Source: Bythopirellula sp. (lineage in GTDB: Bacteria; Planctomycetota; Planctomycetia; Pirellulales; Lacipirellulaceae). Taken from it: DNA of 64,000 nt. The translations under genes and the position numbers were made by a program. Positions within the stretch are counted from its first letter, which is position 1; the number at the start of each line of letters is the position of its first letter. Location: the NCBI GenBank assembly GCA_965216565.1, contig OZ244170.1:2464001-2528000 (forward strand), written 5' to 3'. The notes beneath the pieces are model-generated. The model was not told where the DNA came from and searched no databases. It worked only from the letters and a program-made list of their open reading frames with translations. Shown here in pieces: positions 1-10,692 of this stretch.

Positions 1-159
1 GTGCCAGAGCAACGCGGCGGCACACCGAAACGGATCGGTGTATATTCTCACTCTCGGTGGGCCTGGCGGCATCACCCTACAAAATTTAGATGATTGTTGG
101 CTCGCGCTTCATCGACTTAGGCAGTGGGGCTAAACAGCATCCAACTCCCTCATTAGTTC

Positions 160-2055
160 TTACGCCCTAACGGGACCCGCTGCCAATTCTTGACAGGTCC
201 GAACAATCCCGGCCACGTCCATTCCCAGGTCGGCCAGCAGTTCATCGCGTTCGCCATGTTCCACATAGAAATCTGGAATACCGAGACGTCGAACGCGACT
301 CGTGTTGAGGCCGGCATCTGTGGCGGCTTCGACCACGGCACTACCAAAGCCGCCCGCCAAAGCACCTTCTTCTACCGTAACTACGAAACCACATTCTTCC
401 ACGGCTTGCAGAATGGTCTCTGTATCTAGCGGCTTGATGAAGCGGGCATTTACCACTCCCACATTGAGTCCCGCCTCGCCCAGTTGGTTGGCGGCTTCGA
501 CACACCGCTGCAACATGGCACCACAGGCAACTAGGCAACCATCTTCGCCCCACTTCAGCACTTCGCTCTTGCCGAGTTCAATGGGCGCCACTTCTCGCGG
601 TATTTCCACCGCGGCCGCCTTGGGATATCGGATTGAGCAGGGGCTATCGTGAGCCAGTGAGAACTGAAGCATCGCGGGCAGTTCCAGCGCGTCGCCGGGA
701 GCCATCATGACCATGTTGGGGAACACGCGGAGATAACCGATATCAAACACACCATGATGCGTCGGCCCGTCGGGGCCAGCCAGCCCACCACGATCGAGCA
801 TAAAAGTAACAGGCAAATTCTGCAGTGCCACTTCCTGAAAAATGTGATCGTAAGCCCGCTGCAGGAACGTACTGTAAATATCAACGATGGGGCGCATCCC
901 CGCTTTCGCTTGTCCCGCTGCAAAAGCCACGGTATGTGCCTCGCAAATTCCTGTATCGAAAAATCGATCGGGCAATTCATCGCGGACTCGTTCCAGCTTG
1001 TTCCCCTGACACATTGCTGCTGTGAGTACCGTAACGCGTTCATCAGCATGCATACTTTCACGGATTGCCTCCGAAGCGATATGCGTGAAGGCCTTCGCTG
1101 AACTTTTCTTGAGCTTCACGATCTGGTCTTCGCGGCGCTCAAACTGAGGAGGTGCGTGATACAACACCGGATCTTGCTCGGCTGGCTGAAAGCCGTGTCC
1201 CTTCTCGGTGACGACATGCAGCAGCACTGGGCCCTTGATCTGATTGACCATCTTCAGGTACTTGCGCAGCAAGCCGATGTTGTGGCCATCAATGGGACCC
1301 ACATAACGCATACCCATATCTTCGAAAATCATGCCACCGGAGAGGCCCGCCTTAGCCGCTTCTTTGAGTTGCACCAAGAAACGCTCGGTAGGATCCCCAA
1401 GCAGCGGAACCGCATGCAATATTTTCGCGACTTCGTCCTTGAGCCCAGTGTACATGGGATTGATCCGAAGCCGATCAAGATAGTCCGCCACGCCACCAAC
1501 CCGCGGGCAAATCGACATCTGATTGTCGTTTAAAATGACGAGCAGCTTCTCGCTTTGCCGACGGGCATTGTTCAGCGCCTCGAACACCACGCCCGAGGGA
1601 AAGGCCCCGTCACCGATTACTGCCACGGCTTGGCGTCCTTCTTCGCGACGTAAAAAATCATCGCCGCTTGCCAGTCCCAGCATGGTCGACACACTGGCAC
1701 CGGCATGTCCCGTCATGAACAGGTCGTATTCGCTCTCTTCCGGGTTTGGGTACCCCATCAATCCACCTTTGGTGCGGATCGAATGGAACTGGCCGTAGCG
1801 GCCGGTCAGAAGCTTATGCGGATAGATTTGGTGGCCCGTATCCCAGATGAGCCGATCGCGGCGAAAATCAAATACATCGTGGAGCGCAATCGTAAGTTCG
1901 ACCACACCCAAATTCGACGCGAAGTGTGCACTGCGACAGGCGATCAAATTGCACAGCACATCGCGCATCTCGGCTGCCAATTGCTCAAGCTGGGGAATCG
2001 AAAGCTGCCGAAGATCTTCGGGGCCTGTGATCGAGGGTAGTATGTTCTCTTTCAA
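160..2055 (-). CDS. dxs: 1-deoxy-D-xylulose-5-phosphate synthase
   Basis: Motifs HFASNLGVVELT, WDTGHQ, GHAGAS, GDGA...LNDN (TPP binding) and DGPTHHG; 631 aa. Confidence 0.97.
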   Translation of the reverse strand: MKENILPSITGPEDLRQLSIPQLEQLAAEMRDVLCNLIACRSAHFASNLGVVELTIALHDVFDFRRDRLIWDTGHQIYPHKLLTGRYGQFHSIRTKGGLMGYPNPEESEYDLFMTGHAGASVSTMLGLASGDDFLRREEGRQAVAVIGDGAFPSGVVFEALNNARRQSEKLLVILNDNQMSICPRVGGVADYLDRLRINPMYTGLKDEVAKILHAVPLLGDPTERFLVQLKEAAKAGLSGGMIFEDMGMRYVGPIDGHNIGLLRKYLKMVNQIKGPVLLHVVTEKGHGFQPAEQDPVLYHAPPQFERREDQIVKLKKSSAKAFTHIASEAIRESMHADERVTVLTAAMCQGNKLERVRDELPDRFFDTGICEAHTVAFAAGQAKAGMRPIVDIYSTFLQRAYDHIFQEVALQNLPVTFMLDRGGLAGPDGPTHHGVFDIGYLRVFPNMVMMAPGDALELPAMLQFSLAHDSPCSIRYPKAAAVEIPREVAPIELGKSEVLKWGEDGCLVACGAMLQRCVEAANQLGEAGLNVGVVNARFIKPLDTETILQAVEECGFVVTVEEGALAGGFGSAVVEAATDAGLNTSRVRRLGIPDFYVEHGERDELLADLGMDVAGIVRTCQELAAGPVRA

Positions 2056-2945
2056 CGATCTCTCCGTCCGACGAACTGTGCCAAGTCTTGCAGGGATTTC
2101 GCCATCTCGCCAAATACCTGCAGGGCAGCGCAGGCCTGATTTACTAATTGATCTGCGTAAGCGCGACTCTCCTCTGCACCGAGCAAGGCTGGATAAGTTG
2201 CTTTGCCTTGCTGGCTGTCTTTTTGAAGTCGTTTGCCAACATCACCCTCAGATCCGATGACATCGAGCAAGTCGTCCGTCACCTGGAAAGCCAAGCCCAA
2301 GTGCTTGCCAAACTCGTCGAGGGCAGCAAGTTGTTGGCCACTGGCACCAGCCACGATTCCGCCCAAGCGTAACGAGACACGAATTAAGGCGCCAGTCTTT
2401 CGACGATGAATCGACTCAAGTTGTTCCCTGCTGCGGTCCCCAAATCCAGGTTCCAGGTCATCTGCCTGGCCACCAACCAAAGCGGTTGCTCCGGCGGCGT
2501 GGGCTAGCTCGGCACAGCAACGGACGGCTTTCTCAGATCCCGTGATGCCTTCAGCCAGCACAGCAAACGATCGGGCCAGCAACGCATCGCCAACCAAAAT
2601 TGCGGTCGCTTCATCAAATGCTTTATGGCATGTGGCCCGACCGCGACGCAGGTCGTCGTCGTCCATGGCCGGCAAGTCGTCATGCACCAGGGAATAAGCA
2701 TGCACCATCTCAACAGCCACGGCGGCGGGCATCGCATCCGCACTCGTTCCACCGCACGCCTCAGCAGCCATCAAAACCAGCTGAGGACGCAATCGTTTTC
2801 CCGGTGCCAACAAGCTGTACTCAATAGCCTGCTGCAGGCGTGCCGGACAATCTTCATCAAACTTGATGGCAGCAGCCAGCGCGACGTCGATCTGCTCGCG
2901 CTGGATATTGGGAGGTTCGAGATGAGGCACGGTGTGAGCATTCAT
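2052..2945 (-). CDS. ispA: Farnesyl/geranylgeranyl diphosphate synthase
   Basis: GKRLRP, HDDLPAMDDDDLRRG and FQVTDDLLD motifs; xseB-ispA-dxs synteny. Confidence 0.95.
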   Translation of the reverse strand: MNAHTVPHLEPPNIQREQIDVALAAAIKFDEDCPARLQQAIEYSLLAPGKRLRPQLVLMAAEACGGTSADAMPAAVAVEMVHAYSLVHDDLPAMDDDDLRRGRATCHKAFDEATAILVGDALLARSFAVLAEGITGSEKAVRCCAELAHAAGATALVGGQADDLEPGFGDRSREQLESIHRRKTGALIRVSLRLGGIVAGASGQQLAALDEFGKHLGLAFQVTDDLLDVIGSEGDVGKRLQKDSQQGKATYPALLGAEESRAYADQLVNQACAALQVFGEMAKSLQDLAQFVGRRDR

Positions 2946-2959
2946 GGGGCAACTACATA

Positions 2960-3301
2960 TTAGAATAGCGAGCTGTCGTCGTCTACTTCCGAGCGTGCGG
3001 TGCGGCGGCGACTGCGGGAGGCTGATTTGGACTCTAGGGACTCGTCGCCCCCAGCGTCGAAATCCTTCGTTTTCGGTTTGCCCGACCCATCGACGCCACT
3101 AACCAACGAAATCCGCCTCTCTGCGTCTGCCAGCTGTTCGTAGCAAGACTTCAAGTGCTTTACGCCACTTTCATAATGCTCCAGCGACTCGGCCAGTGGG
3201 AGCTTGCCACTTTCGAGCTGTCCCACGATCGATTCGAGCTCAGCTAATGACTTTTCGAAGTCTGCCGTTTTCGCCTTCACAACTTTCTTTTTCTTTGCCA
3301 C
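2960..3301 (-). CDS. xseB: Exodeoxyribonuclease VII small subunit
   Basis: FEKSLAELESIVGQLESGKLPLAESLEHYESG motif; GTG start at 3301 inferred. Confidence 0.93.
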   Translation of the reverse strand: MAKKKKVVKAKTADFEKSLAELESIVGQLESGKLPLAESLEHYESGVKHLKSCYEQLADAERRISLVSGVDGSGKPKTKDFDAGGDESLESKSASRSRRRTARSEVDDDSSLF

Positions 3302-3368
3302 CGTAGTTTTTTCCTTTTCTGAGACTCTCACAAGCCAAGAAGTTGATCTTGGAATCCGCCCTTGTTTG

Positions 3369-4601
3369 TCAGATGCTCTCAACGATCGAAACGACTTCGC
3401 CGTCCGCCAGTCGAGTTCGTAGTTTATCGCCTTTCTTCAACTTCTTGGACGAGGTAATCACTCGACCCGTTTTGTGGTGCTGTGTGATACTATACCCGCG
3501 CCCCAGGACACCAAGTGGGCTGAGCGTATCAAGTTTTCCGCTCGCCAGCGCGAGCTGACTCTGGCGATCGCGTAGAACGTTGTTGATTGCCGAGTTCAGG
3601 CGGGTTGTACTCTCGTCCAGCTGTCGGCTCAGGTTGTGAATCGTGTCGAGTGGTCGTGCTAGGGCAGGGCGGCTCGCAATCGCATCGAGCCGCTGGCGAA
3701 GCTCCGCCGTTTGAGACTTGATAGCGTTTTGCAGTCGGCCCTGATGACCCTGCACAAGCTGCAGAATATCTTGGGAAGATGGAACGACTCGCTCTGCGGC
3801 TTCACTCGGAGTTAATGCACGAACGTCCGCGGCTAAATCGGCAAGTGTGACATCGATCTCGTGTCCCACCGCTGAGACAGTTGGAATCGCGGACCCAGCG
3901 ATTGCTCGCACGGTTGCTTCTTCATTGAAACACCACAAATCTTCTAAGCTCCCGCCACCTCGACCGACCACTAAGACATCTAACTTGGGTTCACAGTCGT
4001 TTGCCAGGCGAATACTCCCAGCAATTTCCTGTGCGGCTCCCTCGCCCTGGACCCGCGTCGGAAACACAAGTACTTCGACACCCCGCCAGCGCCGCCTCAG
4101 CACTTCTAAGAAGTCGCGAATCGCCGCACCGGTGGGGCTGGTCACAACTCCAATACGCCTGGGGAACCGGGGCAACGGACGCTTTCGTTCGGCATCAAAC
4201 AACCCTTCTTTGCTGAGCTTCTCGCGCAGCTTCTGCAAAGCGAGTTCTAAAGCTCCAATGCCCTGTGGCGTAATCTGTTCGACAACTAGTTGATAACTAC
4301 CTCGTGGAGGATAGACGTCCACATGGCCTCGGCAAACCACTTCTAGGCCATCGGCCAAGTCGAACTTGAGTCTACTGGCAGTGCCTCGCCAAATAACCGC
4401 ACGCAATTGCGCGGCATCGTCTTTTAACGTGAAGTAGCAGTGGCCCGACTGCGGGCGTGAGAAATTGGAGATCTCCCCCGCAATCCACACTTGCGAGAAC
4501 TGGCTTTCCACCACTCCCTTTAGCTGGGACGTAAACTGTGCTACGGAAAGCACCTGATCTTGGGCGGCCGAGTCAGGCAAATTGGAGGTGGACATCGCCA
4601 T
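3369..4601 (-). CDS. xseA: Exodeoxyribonuclease VII large subunit
   Basis: GEISNF, SGHCYFTLKD, RGGGSLEDLWCFN and SAVGHEID motifs; start uncertain (4595-4625). Confidence 0.96.
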   Translation of the reverse strand: MAMSTSNLPDSAAQDQVLSVAQFTSQLKGVVESQFSQVWIAGEISNFSRPQSGHCYFTLKDDAAQLRAVIWRGTASRLKFDLADGLEVVCRGHVDVYPPRGSYQLVVEQITPQGIGALELALQKLREKLSKEGLFDAERKRPLPRFPRRIGVVTSPTGAAIRDFLEVLRRRWRGVEVLVFPTRVQGEGAAQEIAGSIRLANDCEPKLDVLVVGRGGGSLEDLWCFNEEATVRAIAGSAIPTVSAVGHEIDVTLADLAADVRALTPSEAAERVVPSSQDILQLVQGHQGRLQNAIKSQTAELRQRLDAIASRPALARPLDTIHNLSRQLDESTTRLNSAINNVLRDRQSQLALASGKLDTLSPLGVLGRGYSITQHHKTGRVITSSKKLKKGDKLRTRLADGEVVSIVESI

Positions 4602-4748
4602 GAGCGGAAAACAACGTTTGAGCATGGGAGTAGATTGGTAAACCAGTACACCACTAGTTTACCGGAAAGGGCAGGGGTCGAGGACCCCAAGCCAAAGCAA
4701 GTAATCTGCTCTATTTATGAACCGTCTTAAGAGTGGGCCGTTAACGCT

Positions 4749-5558
4749 CTAGGCGATCAGACGTATAGAATTGTCGCCCGGATCAGCGGCTGAATCACTT
4801 GGGTAACTCACGGGATATTCAGGTTGTGTCGTCACAAGGTGCCCTCGACGCAATTCACGAGGAGTGTCGCGAAGGGTGACCTCGCCAATCCGACGTCCGC
4901 CGCTTTCGGCCCAAGTCTCCGATTCCTTCGTGAGTTCGTTGAGCAGGTTCTCCAAACCTTGACGATAGTGTTCGAGATCTCCACGCTCGATATTGTCAGG
5001 GACATGAACTTCTGGACCAACAATACCACGAATTTGAGAATTCGGTTTGGGTAAGGCGAAGCGATCCCAACTCTTCATCCTCCAGGGACGATCGATACCA
5101 AAACCAAGCGGTACGATCGGAAGACCTAACCGCGAGGCTAAGTAGACGGGGCCAATCGCCAGCTTGCGACGCGGGCCACGGGGGCCATCCGGCGTGATCG
5201 CCAAATGCATATACTTCCCGCGACGGCGGAGATCCAGCAGCGCTGACGTCGAGCCGCGATTGGTCGAACCACGCACGCAATCGAAACCCATGTGCGCCGC
5301 GACACGGGCCAAAATCTCAGCGTCTCGATGTTTGCTAAGCAACATGGCCAAATCACAGTGGCCCCGCAGAAACAGAGGTACCAGAATGTATTCGTGCCAA
5401 AAGACATAGATTCGGGGTTGCTCGCTGCCATACATCGGATCGAAGGTCCGATCGTAGAAGATGCCCCGATACTCCATCGTCTTCATCCAGGCGCGGATGC
5501 CCTTGGCTGCGATCAAGCCTCCCCATCGAGTCGACAGCGGCACATCCTTGTCAATCAT
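4749..5558 (-). CDS. DUF374 / lysophospholipid acyltransferase family protein
   Basis: FWH, SKHRDAE, RGST and ITPDGPRGP motifs. Confidence 0.85.
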   Translation of the reverse strand: MIDKDVPLSTRWGGLIAAKGIRAWMKTMEYRGIFYDRTFDPMYGSEQPRIYVFWHEYILVPLFLRGHCDLAMLLSKHRDAEILARVAAHMGFDCVRGSTNRGSTSALLDLRRRGKYMHLAITPDGPRGPRRKLAIGPVYLASRLGLPIVPLGFGIDRPWRMKSWDRFALPKPNSQIRGIVGPEVHVPDNIERGDLEHYRQGLENLLNELTKESETWAESGGRRIGEVTLRDTPRELRRGHLVTTQPEYPVSYPSDSAADPGDNSIRLIA

Positions 5559-5610
5559 TCTCTATCCTAAGTTGTAGTTATTGGGTCTTGCCATTCAACA
5601 CTTGCGAGTC

Positions 5611-6447
5611 CTACCAGGGCCATTCGCCAGTGAAAACCTCAACGGCGGGGCCCGTTTTATAAACGTGATTGTCAGTTTCATCCCAAAACAATTGAAGATC
5701 ACCGCCGAGCAAATGAATGGTTACTTCGCGCTCGCTCCTCCCAGTGAGAACACCTGCTACACACACGGCCGCAGCACCGGTGCCGCAGGCCAGCGTTTCC
5801 CCTGAGCCACGCTCCCAGGTTCGCTGCCTTAATTCACTAGGACCTAGAACTTCCACAAACTCCGCGTTGACGCGATTAGGAAAGTGGGAATCATGTTCGA
5901 TCTTCGGGCCGAGACCTAGCACCAGATCATCCGTTGCCTCTTCCACAAATGTCACACAATGTGGATTACCCATCGAAACACAGGTCACTTGCAAATCCCG
6001 TTCTGCCAGCGGAAGTGGTACGTCGGCGACAGGATCGCCCGTCAGTGTCGTCGGAATTAGATTGGCTGCCAAGATCGGCTCACCCATATCAACGCGAACC
6101 CGATCGACCTTGCCGTTCTCCACAAACAATTGCAAAGTGAGAACCTGCTCCATCGACCTAATCTTTAGCTGTTCTTTCTTGGCGATGCCGTGTTCGTACA
6201 GGTATTTGGCAACACATCGAATCGCATTGCCGCACATCTCGGCTCGGGAACCGTCAGCATTGAACATGATCATTTCTGCGTCGGCATCATCCGCAGGGCC
6301 CATCAGCACTAGCCCATCTCCCCCAACTCCGAAGTGCCGATCGGAAACAACGCGAGCCAGATCGGGTTGGCGCTCCGGAGCCGACTGCGCAGAGCAATCG
6401 ACATAGATATAGTCGTTGCCGGCGCCATGCATTTTGGTAAATCTCAT
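5611..6447 (-). CDS. dapF: Diaminopimelate epimerase
   Basis: [26 protein letters not shown] and [13 protein letters not shown] motifs. Confidence 0.97.
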   Translation of the reverse strand: MRFTKMHGAGNDYIYVDCSAQSAPERQPDLARVVSDRHFGVGGDGLVLMGPADDADAEMIMFNADGSRAEMCGNAIRCVAKYLYEHGIAKKEQLKIRSMEQVLTLQLFVENGKVDRVRVDMGEPILAANLIPTTLTGDPVADVPLPLAERDLQVTCVSMGNPHCVTFVEEATDDLVLGLGPKIEHDSHFPNRVNAEFVEVLGPSELRQRTWERGSGETLACGTGAAAVCVAGVLTGRSEREVTIHLLGGDLQLFWDETDNHVYKTGPAVEVFTGEWPW

Positions 6448-6473
6448 CGCACCCCCATTCTAGACTCTCCCAC

Positions 6474-6797
6474 TTATCCCGTCAGGTCCAACGAATTGCC
6501 ACTATTGCCCTCGGGATCCTTCGCCTGGCGAGGGGGAAGCGAATCCTGCTCTGCCTCATTCTCCTTCTGCTGGTCTGGCTCCCACAGCCGACGGCCGTCG
6601 GCGTCTCGTTCCGAGGCACCTTGGTCTTCCTCGGTTTGCCCAATGCCAGCCGACTCGGTCGCCTTCTTCTCACTCTCTACCCGGCGCTCACTGGCACTCG
6701 AGTCCTTTTGACTTTTTTCAGTCTCACTTCCCTTTGTTTGGGACAACGGTACTCCCGCTGCACTACTGACGATACCGCTGGTTGGTATGAAATTCAT
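6474..6797 (-). CDS. Small hypothetical protein
   Basis: Co-oriented between the AsmA-like gene and dapF, with AGGAGG RBS upstream; C-terminal GNSLDLTG. Confidence 0.7.
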   Translation of the reverse strand: MNFIPTSGIVSSAAGVPLSQTKGSETEKSQKDSSASERRVESEKKATESAGIGQTEEDQGASERDADGRRLWEPDQQKENEAEQDSLPPRQAKDPEGNSGNSLDLTG

Positions 6798-6808
6798 CAC
6801 AACACCTC

Positions 6809-9800
6809 CTAACGATTGCCTGCTTTAGGAGGAGTAGTACGCAAACCTCGCTGTGCTTGTCGCGGGCTTGTCACGCCTCCGGATGCTTCCAAATCGGACT
6901 GGATTTGTTCGATCAGCTTGTTGACCATTGGAAAGGCTTGGGTGTGAATCTGAGGATCGGACAACGTACCATCGACATACATTTGCCAAGTGGATTGGCC
7001 AATTTGATTGACAAAATTCTTGAGCAGCGGAACCCGAATCTCATTGCGGCCAACGATTCCGTAGAATGCTAAATTCAAATCATGATCAAAGTTAGTCTCG
7101 CCTTTGCCGAAGAAGCTAACCGCATCCCCTAAGAAATCGAGTTGGTCGAGATAGATATGCCTACCACGAATTCGGAATCTCATGTCACTTTGGTTGAACG
7201 CGGTCGAGTCGGGTGAGCTGTTCCGCAACACTTTGAGGAGTCCCACTAACAAGGGTAGCTCATAAATTTCAGCGTCGGTTACATGCACATCGCCATCGGC
7301 TTCCATGTTCTCCAGCTGTCGACCATGCCCTCTTAATACGACATTGGCTGCAACTTTACCTTTGAAGTCCGTGGCGCTTTGAAAACGCTCTGTCATTATG
7401 CGAGACAAGTCCGCGGTGGCCAGTGTCGCCTCCGCGCCATACCGGGGCAATCCATTAAACGTTACCCAGGCGTCGCCCACCAGGAACCCATCGTAGACCT
7501 TCGCACTCACTCTGCGAGGGGCCTGCCCCTGTTGCGTGACTGCCCACTTCCCTAGCCGGCAACTCTTTTCATCGGCCCAGAAAGGCCCACGAATATCTGT
7601 GAATTGCACACCCTGAAAAGTAGCCGTGTCGATTTCCAAATCGCCAGAACTATAACACTTGCCTCCCTGACAAGCTCCTCTCAAACGCACGCTACCGTAG
7701 ATGTTCTTCAGGTCGATACCCAACTGCAAGTCCGTTTGGTGACAATCGAGTTGTACGTCCCATTGGGATTCGATCGGAGCCGCGACACCTGCCGACTTCG
7801 AAAAGTTGAGAGTCGAATTCTCAAGAGCGAAACTTCCCGTTGGCTTCATCTGATCGATCAATTTCTGTAGCGTTAGGGGAAGGGCACCCATCAACTCGCG
7901 GCGCGTCGTCAGCCGGTCAGCCGCCAGACCTTCTAGCTTCAGACTCCAGCTTCCGTCGTCGGCAAAGTGGCCACTGCCATTGGTGCGTATCGTCGTACGT
8001 CCATGCCTGGCGCGAAGCCCTGCAATATTCACCTGGCCTTGTTCATAGGAGACGGTTCCTTCCAACTTTTCCATTAGATAGGGGAAAAATGCAGGTTCGA
8101 TGGAGGCCGAGTCTGTGCGAGGCCGAACCGCGACACGAATCGCAGGTTTGGCGTAGCCGGTCAAATGGTAGAGGTCGGCGGTCAGGTCAACTTGGCCACG
8201 TGGACGTAATTGATCCCACGCTTTCGCAACACCATCGGGTACGGCTTTTCGCAAGTCGGCATCGAGGGGGATCTCGCCACCGATAAAGCTCAGCCTCAAT
8301 TCTTTGCCTCGGGGGGTCGGCTTCAAGGAACCAGAGCACTGCACATTGCGAGACCCGCCAGAGACCAAATCGCGAAACGTCCAGTGGTCGTTCTCCGCAA
8401 AAATGAAACCCCTGATACCACTGAGTGGATAAGGGAACTTGTCGTAGTTGATCCGCCCTTCGATCAATTCTAGTTCTAACGACTTCTCGAATCGTGGCTG
8501 TCCTGCGATCTCGCGTTTCATGTGCCAATGCACATTCACATTGCCCTCGGGATGGAGAGACTCGATCACACGGCGAGTCTTCTCAGGAAGAGCGGCGATC
8601 ATCCGCTTTTCGATCTTCACATTCTGGCCAGAAATATCGATCCAACCCCGGGCCAGCGGGGCGGGGTCAAACACCTGGCCGCGAATTTTCAACGGTCGGC
8701 CCCCACCTTTGGCGACTAGATCGATGTCCAGTTGGGCCGGCTTGCCATCATTGAATGAGTGATAAGTCATCGTTCCCGAACCGTCGGAAACCCGATAGCG
8801 AAACTTATCGGACTCAAAGGCCAGATCGCGACCCATTAGCGTCGCCCGTGGAAGCCAGCGCTGTCCGTCATAGGTGAGCTGCAATTGGGCATCCACCACC
8901 CCTGCGGGCTGATACTTGTCCCATTGATTGCGGATAAGCGGAGGCAGGACGTTGTAGAGCTTCTTGTCCAGTGGCAGCGATTCTACTTGGGCAACTAATG
9001 CCAGCGGTGCCGCCGCTACCCAGCCATTTCGTTCCAGGGAAAGCATTAAGCTGGCCGAACCACAATTCCCCTGCAGCGATTCCACTTTCAGGCGGTTCTT
9101 CTCGCATTTGATCGTGCCGGCAAGATCGGTCACGGGGCGAGGCAATCGTGGGTCTTCCAAGCGTCCCTGCAATAGCTGGCACACCGCATCGATCTTGGGG
9201 GCACTAGCCAAGCCTAAGCGATGTTCAACCTCGAAGTGACCGTTGATAACCCCCCGCATGACGCTTGGGCCAGACCAATTTCCTGCATAAGCAGTGGCCC
9301 ACGCGATTAAGTCGGCATCAAGCTTGAGCTGATGAATATCGCCGGTCAGTTGAATCGTGCCTTGGGCAAGATTAACACTCGCCTTGAGCTCTGCTCGTTC
9401 CAAACTTGGACCGCTCAGCATGCCACCGATGCGAAACACGTCAGGAGTGGTGCATTCGCGGTGGCCGCTAATCGTAAAATTTACGTCGCGAAGCGTCAAA
9501 GGCTGCAATTCGCGTCGCTGCTCGTCGGTAAGGGTCAGCTGAGCGTCTTGGATAACCACCTGGGGGCGATGTTCGCAAGGTTTGGGTAGAGGCAATAGTG
9601 ATTCAAGGTTCCATCGACCGTCTGTCTGTTTCCTGACAAACAAGTGTGGATGCTTGACGATCACCCGTTCAACATCAGGAGCACCTTGTACTAGCTGGGC
9701 CAGTTCGACATTGCAAACTAGCATGATCTCGTCGACCAGAAGCAGGTTGTCTTGCAGCTGATTCTCCGAGGTTTCGGAGATCGTCAGATCATAGATAGCG

Positions 9801-9973
9801 ATGCCGCGACCTTCGACTAATCGGGCTCCGCCGATGCTGCCGTTGAGTTGAGGAAACTGCTCGGCCAGCATCTGTTCCGCCAGCAGACGAATCTCGTCGT
9901 TGACGCGAGTAAAAAGGTAGACACCGATCGTCACCGCCGCAACCAGTGCCAAGGTCACGCCGATTTTAAACAC
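6809..9973 (-). CDS. Large membrane-anchored AsmA-like protein
   Basis: 1054 aa; N-terminal TM helix, beta-rich repeats and an AsmA-like C-terminus (FFGKGETNFD...VDGTLSDP). Confidence 0.7.
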   Translation of the reverse strand: MFKIGVTLALVAAVTIGVYLFTRVNDEIRLLAEQMLAEQFPQLNGSIGGARLVEGRGIAIYDLTISETSENQLQDNLLLVDEIMLVCNVELAQLVQGAPDVERVIVKHPHLFVRKQTDGRWNLESLLPLPKPCEHRPQVVIQDAQLTLTDEQRRELQPLTLRDVNFTISGHRECTTPDVFRIGGMLSGPSLERAELKASVNLAQGTIQLTGDIHQLKLDADLIAWATAYAGNWSGPSVMRGVINGHFEVEHRLGLASAPKIDAVCQLLQGRLEDPRLPRPVTDLAGTIKCEKNRLKVESLQGNCGSASLMLSLERNGWVAAAPLALVAQVESLPLDKKLYNVLPPLIRNQWDKYQPAGVVDAQLQLTYDGQRWLPRATLMGRDLAFESDKFRYRVSDGSGTMTYHSFNDGKPAQLDIDLVAKGGGRPLKIRGQVFDPAPLARGWIDISGQNVKIEKRMIAALPEKTRRVIESLHPEGNVNVHWHMKREIAGQPRFEKSLELELIEGRINYDKFPYPLSGIRGFIFAENDHWTFRDLVSGGSRNVQCSGSLKPTPRGKELRLSFIGGEIPLDADLRKAVPDGVAKAWDQLRPRGQVDLTADLYHLTGYAKPAIRVAVRPRTDSASIEPAFFPYLMEKLEGTVSYEQGQVNIAGLRARHGRTTIRTNGSGHFADDGSWSLKLEGLAADRLTTRRELMGALPLTLQKLIDQMKPTGSFALENSTLNFSKSAGVAAPIESQWDVQLDCHQTDLQLGIDLKNIYGSVRLRGACQGGKCYSSGDLEIDTATFQGVQFTDIRGPFWADEKSCRLGKWAVTQQGQAPRRVSAKVYDGFLVGDAWVTFNGLPRYGAEATLATADLSRIMTERFQSATDFKGKVAANVVLRGHGRQLENMEADGDVHVTDAEIYELPLLVGLLKVLRNSSPDSTAFNQSDMRFRIRGRHIYLDQLDFLGDAVSFFGKGETNFDHDLNLAFYGIVGRNEIRVPLLKNFVNQIGQSTWQMYVDGTLSDPQIHTQAFPMVNKLIEQIQSDLEASGGVTSPRQAQRGLRTTPPKAGNR

Positions 9974-10556
9974 AAACCAGCAGCAGTTAATCAGCCGACT
10001 AATAATGGGCTTCCTATATCTGTTTTACGGAATCTGCGCGAAGCGGGCGCTAGGGCAGTTATCTGGCCCGCTCCGCCTTCTGCAGCTTTCCACAATTACG
10101 CAATTTGGAAGCGGAATCGTAGTGGTCAGCCCCTGCGGTAGCAAGACAAACCTGGTGCTAGCGGTACCGATGGAACCGGATGGGATCTCCCCTGAAACAA
10201 AGGCCAAGTCGGCCTCCGCTGGCGAGGTTCTCAGCTAAATCGCTCTCTAGGTGATAGCACCATAGAGAGCTGAAGTGGAATCAGCGGGAAACTATGGCCA
10301 GCGGCGGCCATTCCAGCGTTGAGTTTGGAGTGATCCACTTCACGTCTTGGATGGCCAGGGGCGAGTGTAACGAGTCCCCAGACTGCTCAGACTGGGGACT
10401 CACTTCGTTCAACCCAAGCCACCCGCATTGAGACCTTGGCCCCGCATAGTGAACCAGCACCATTTGGTGTAATTTCTTGTCCCCAATCGTCTACTCTGCT
10501 AGTATGAAGATTCGACCGAGAGCTTAAGCACCGAAACCACGAGTTAGAACTAATCC

Positions 10557-10632
10557 AAAAAGCCGCCACGAACCAACTCACACTGCAACCTTTCGGGTTG
10601 TCGTTTGTGAGCGATTCGTGGCGGCTTTTTTT
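10557..10632 (+). terminator. Long hairpin with T-tract (terminator or attenuator)
   Basis: AAAAAGCCGCCACGAA / TTCGTGGCGGCTTTTT perfect 16-bp stem with inner stems, ending in T7. Confidence 0.55.
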
Positions 10633-10692
10633 GTGTCTAGAAATTGATGTTCAGAGAGCAAGCTTCTCTGGACGAGGAGACCCCATTCTATT

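Noticed and set aside
1..159. Possible gene start running off the left edge
   Set aside because: Too little sequence to assign.
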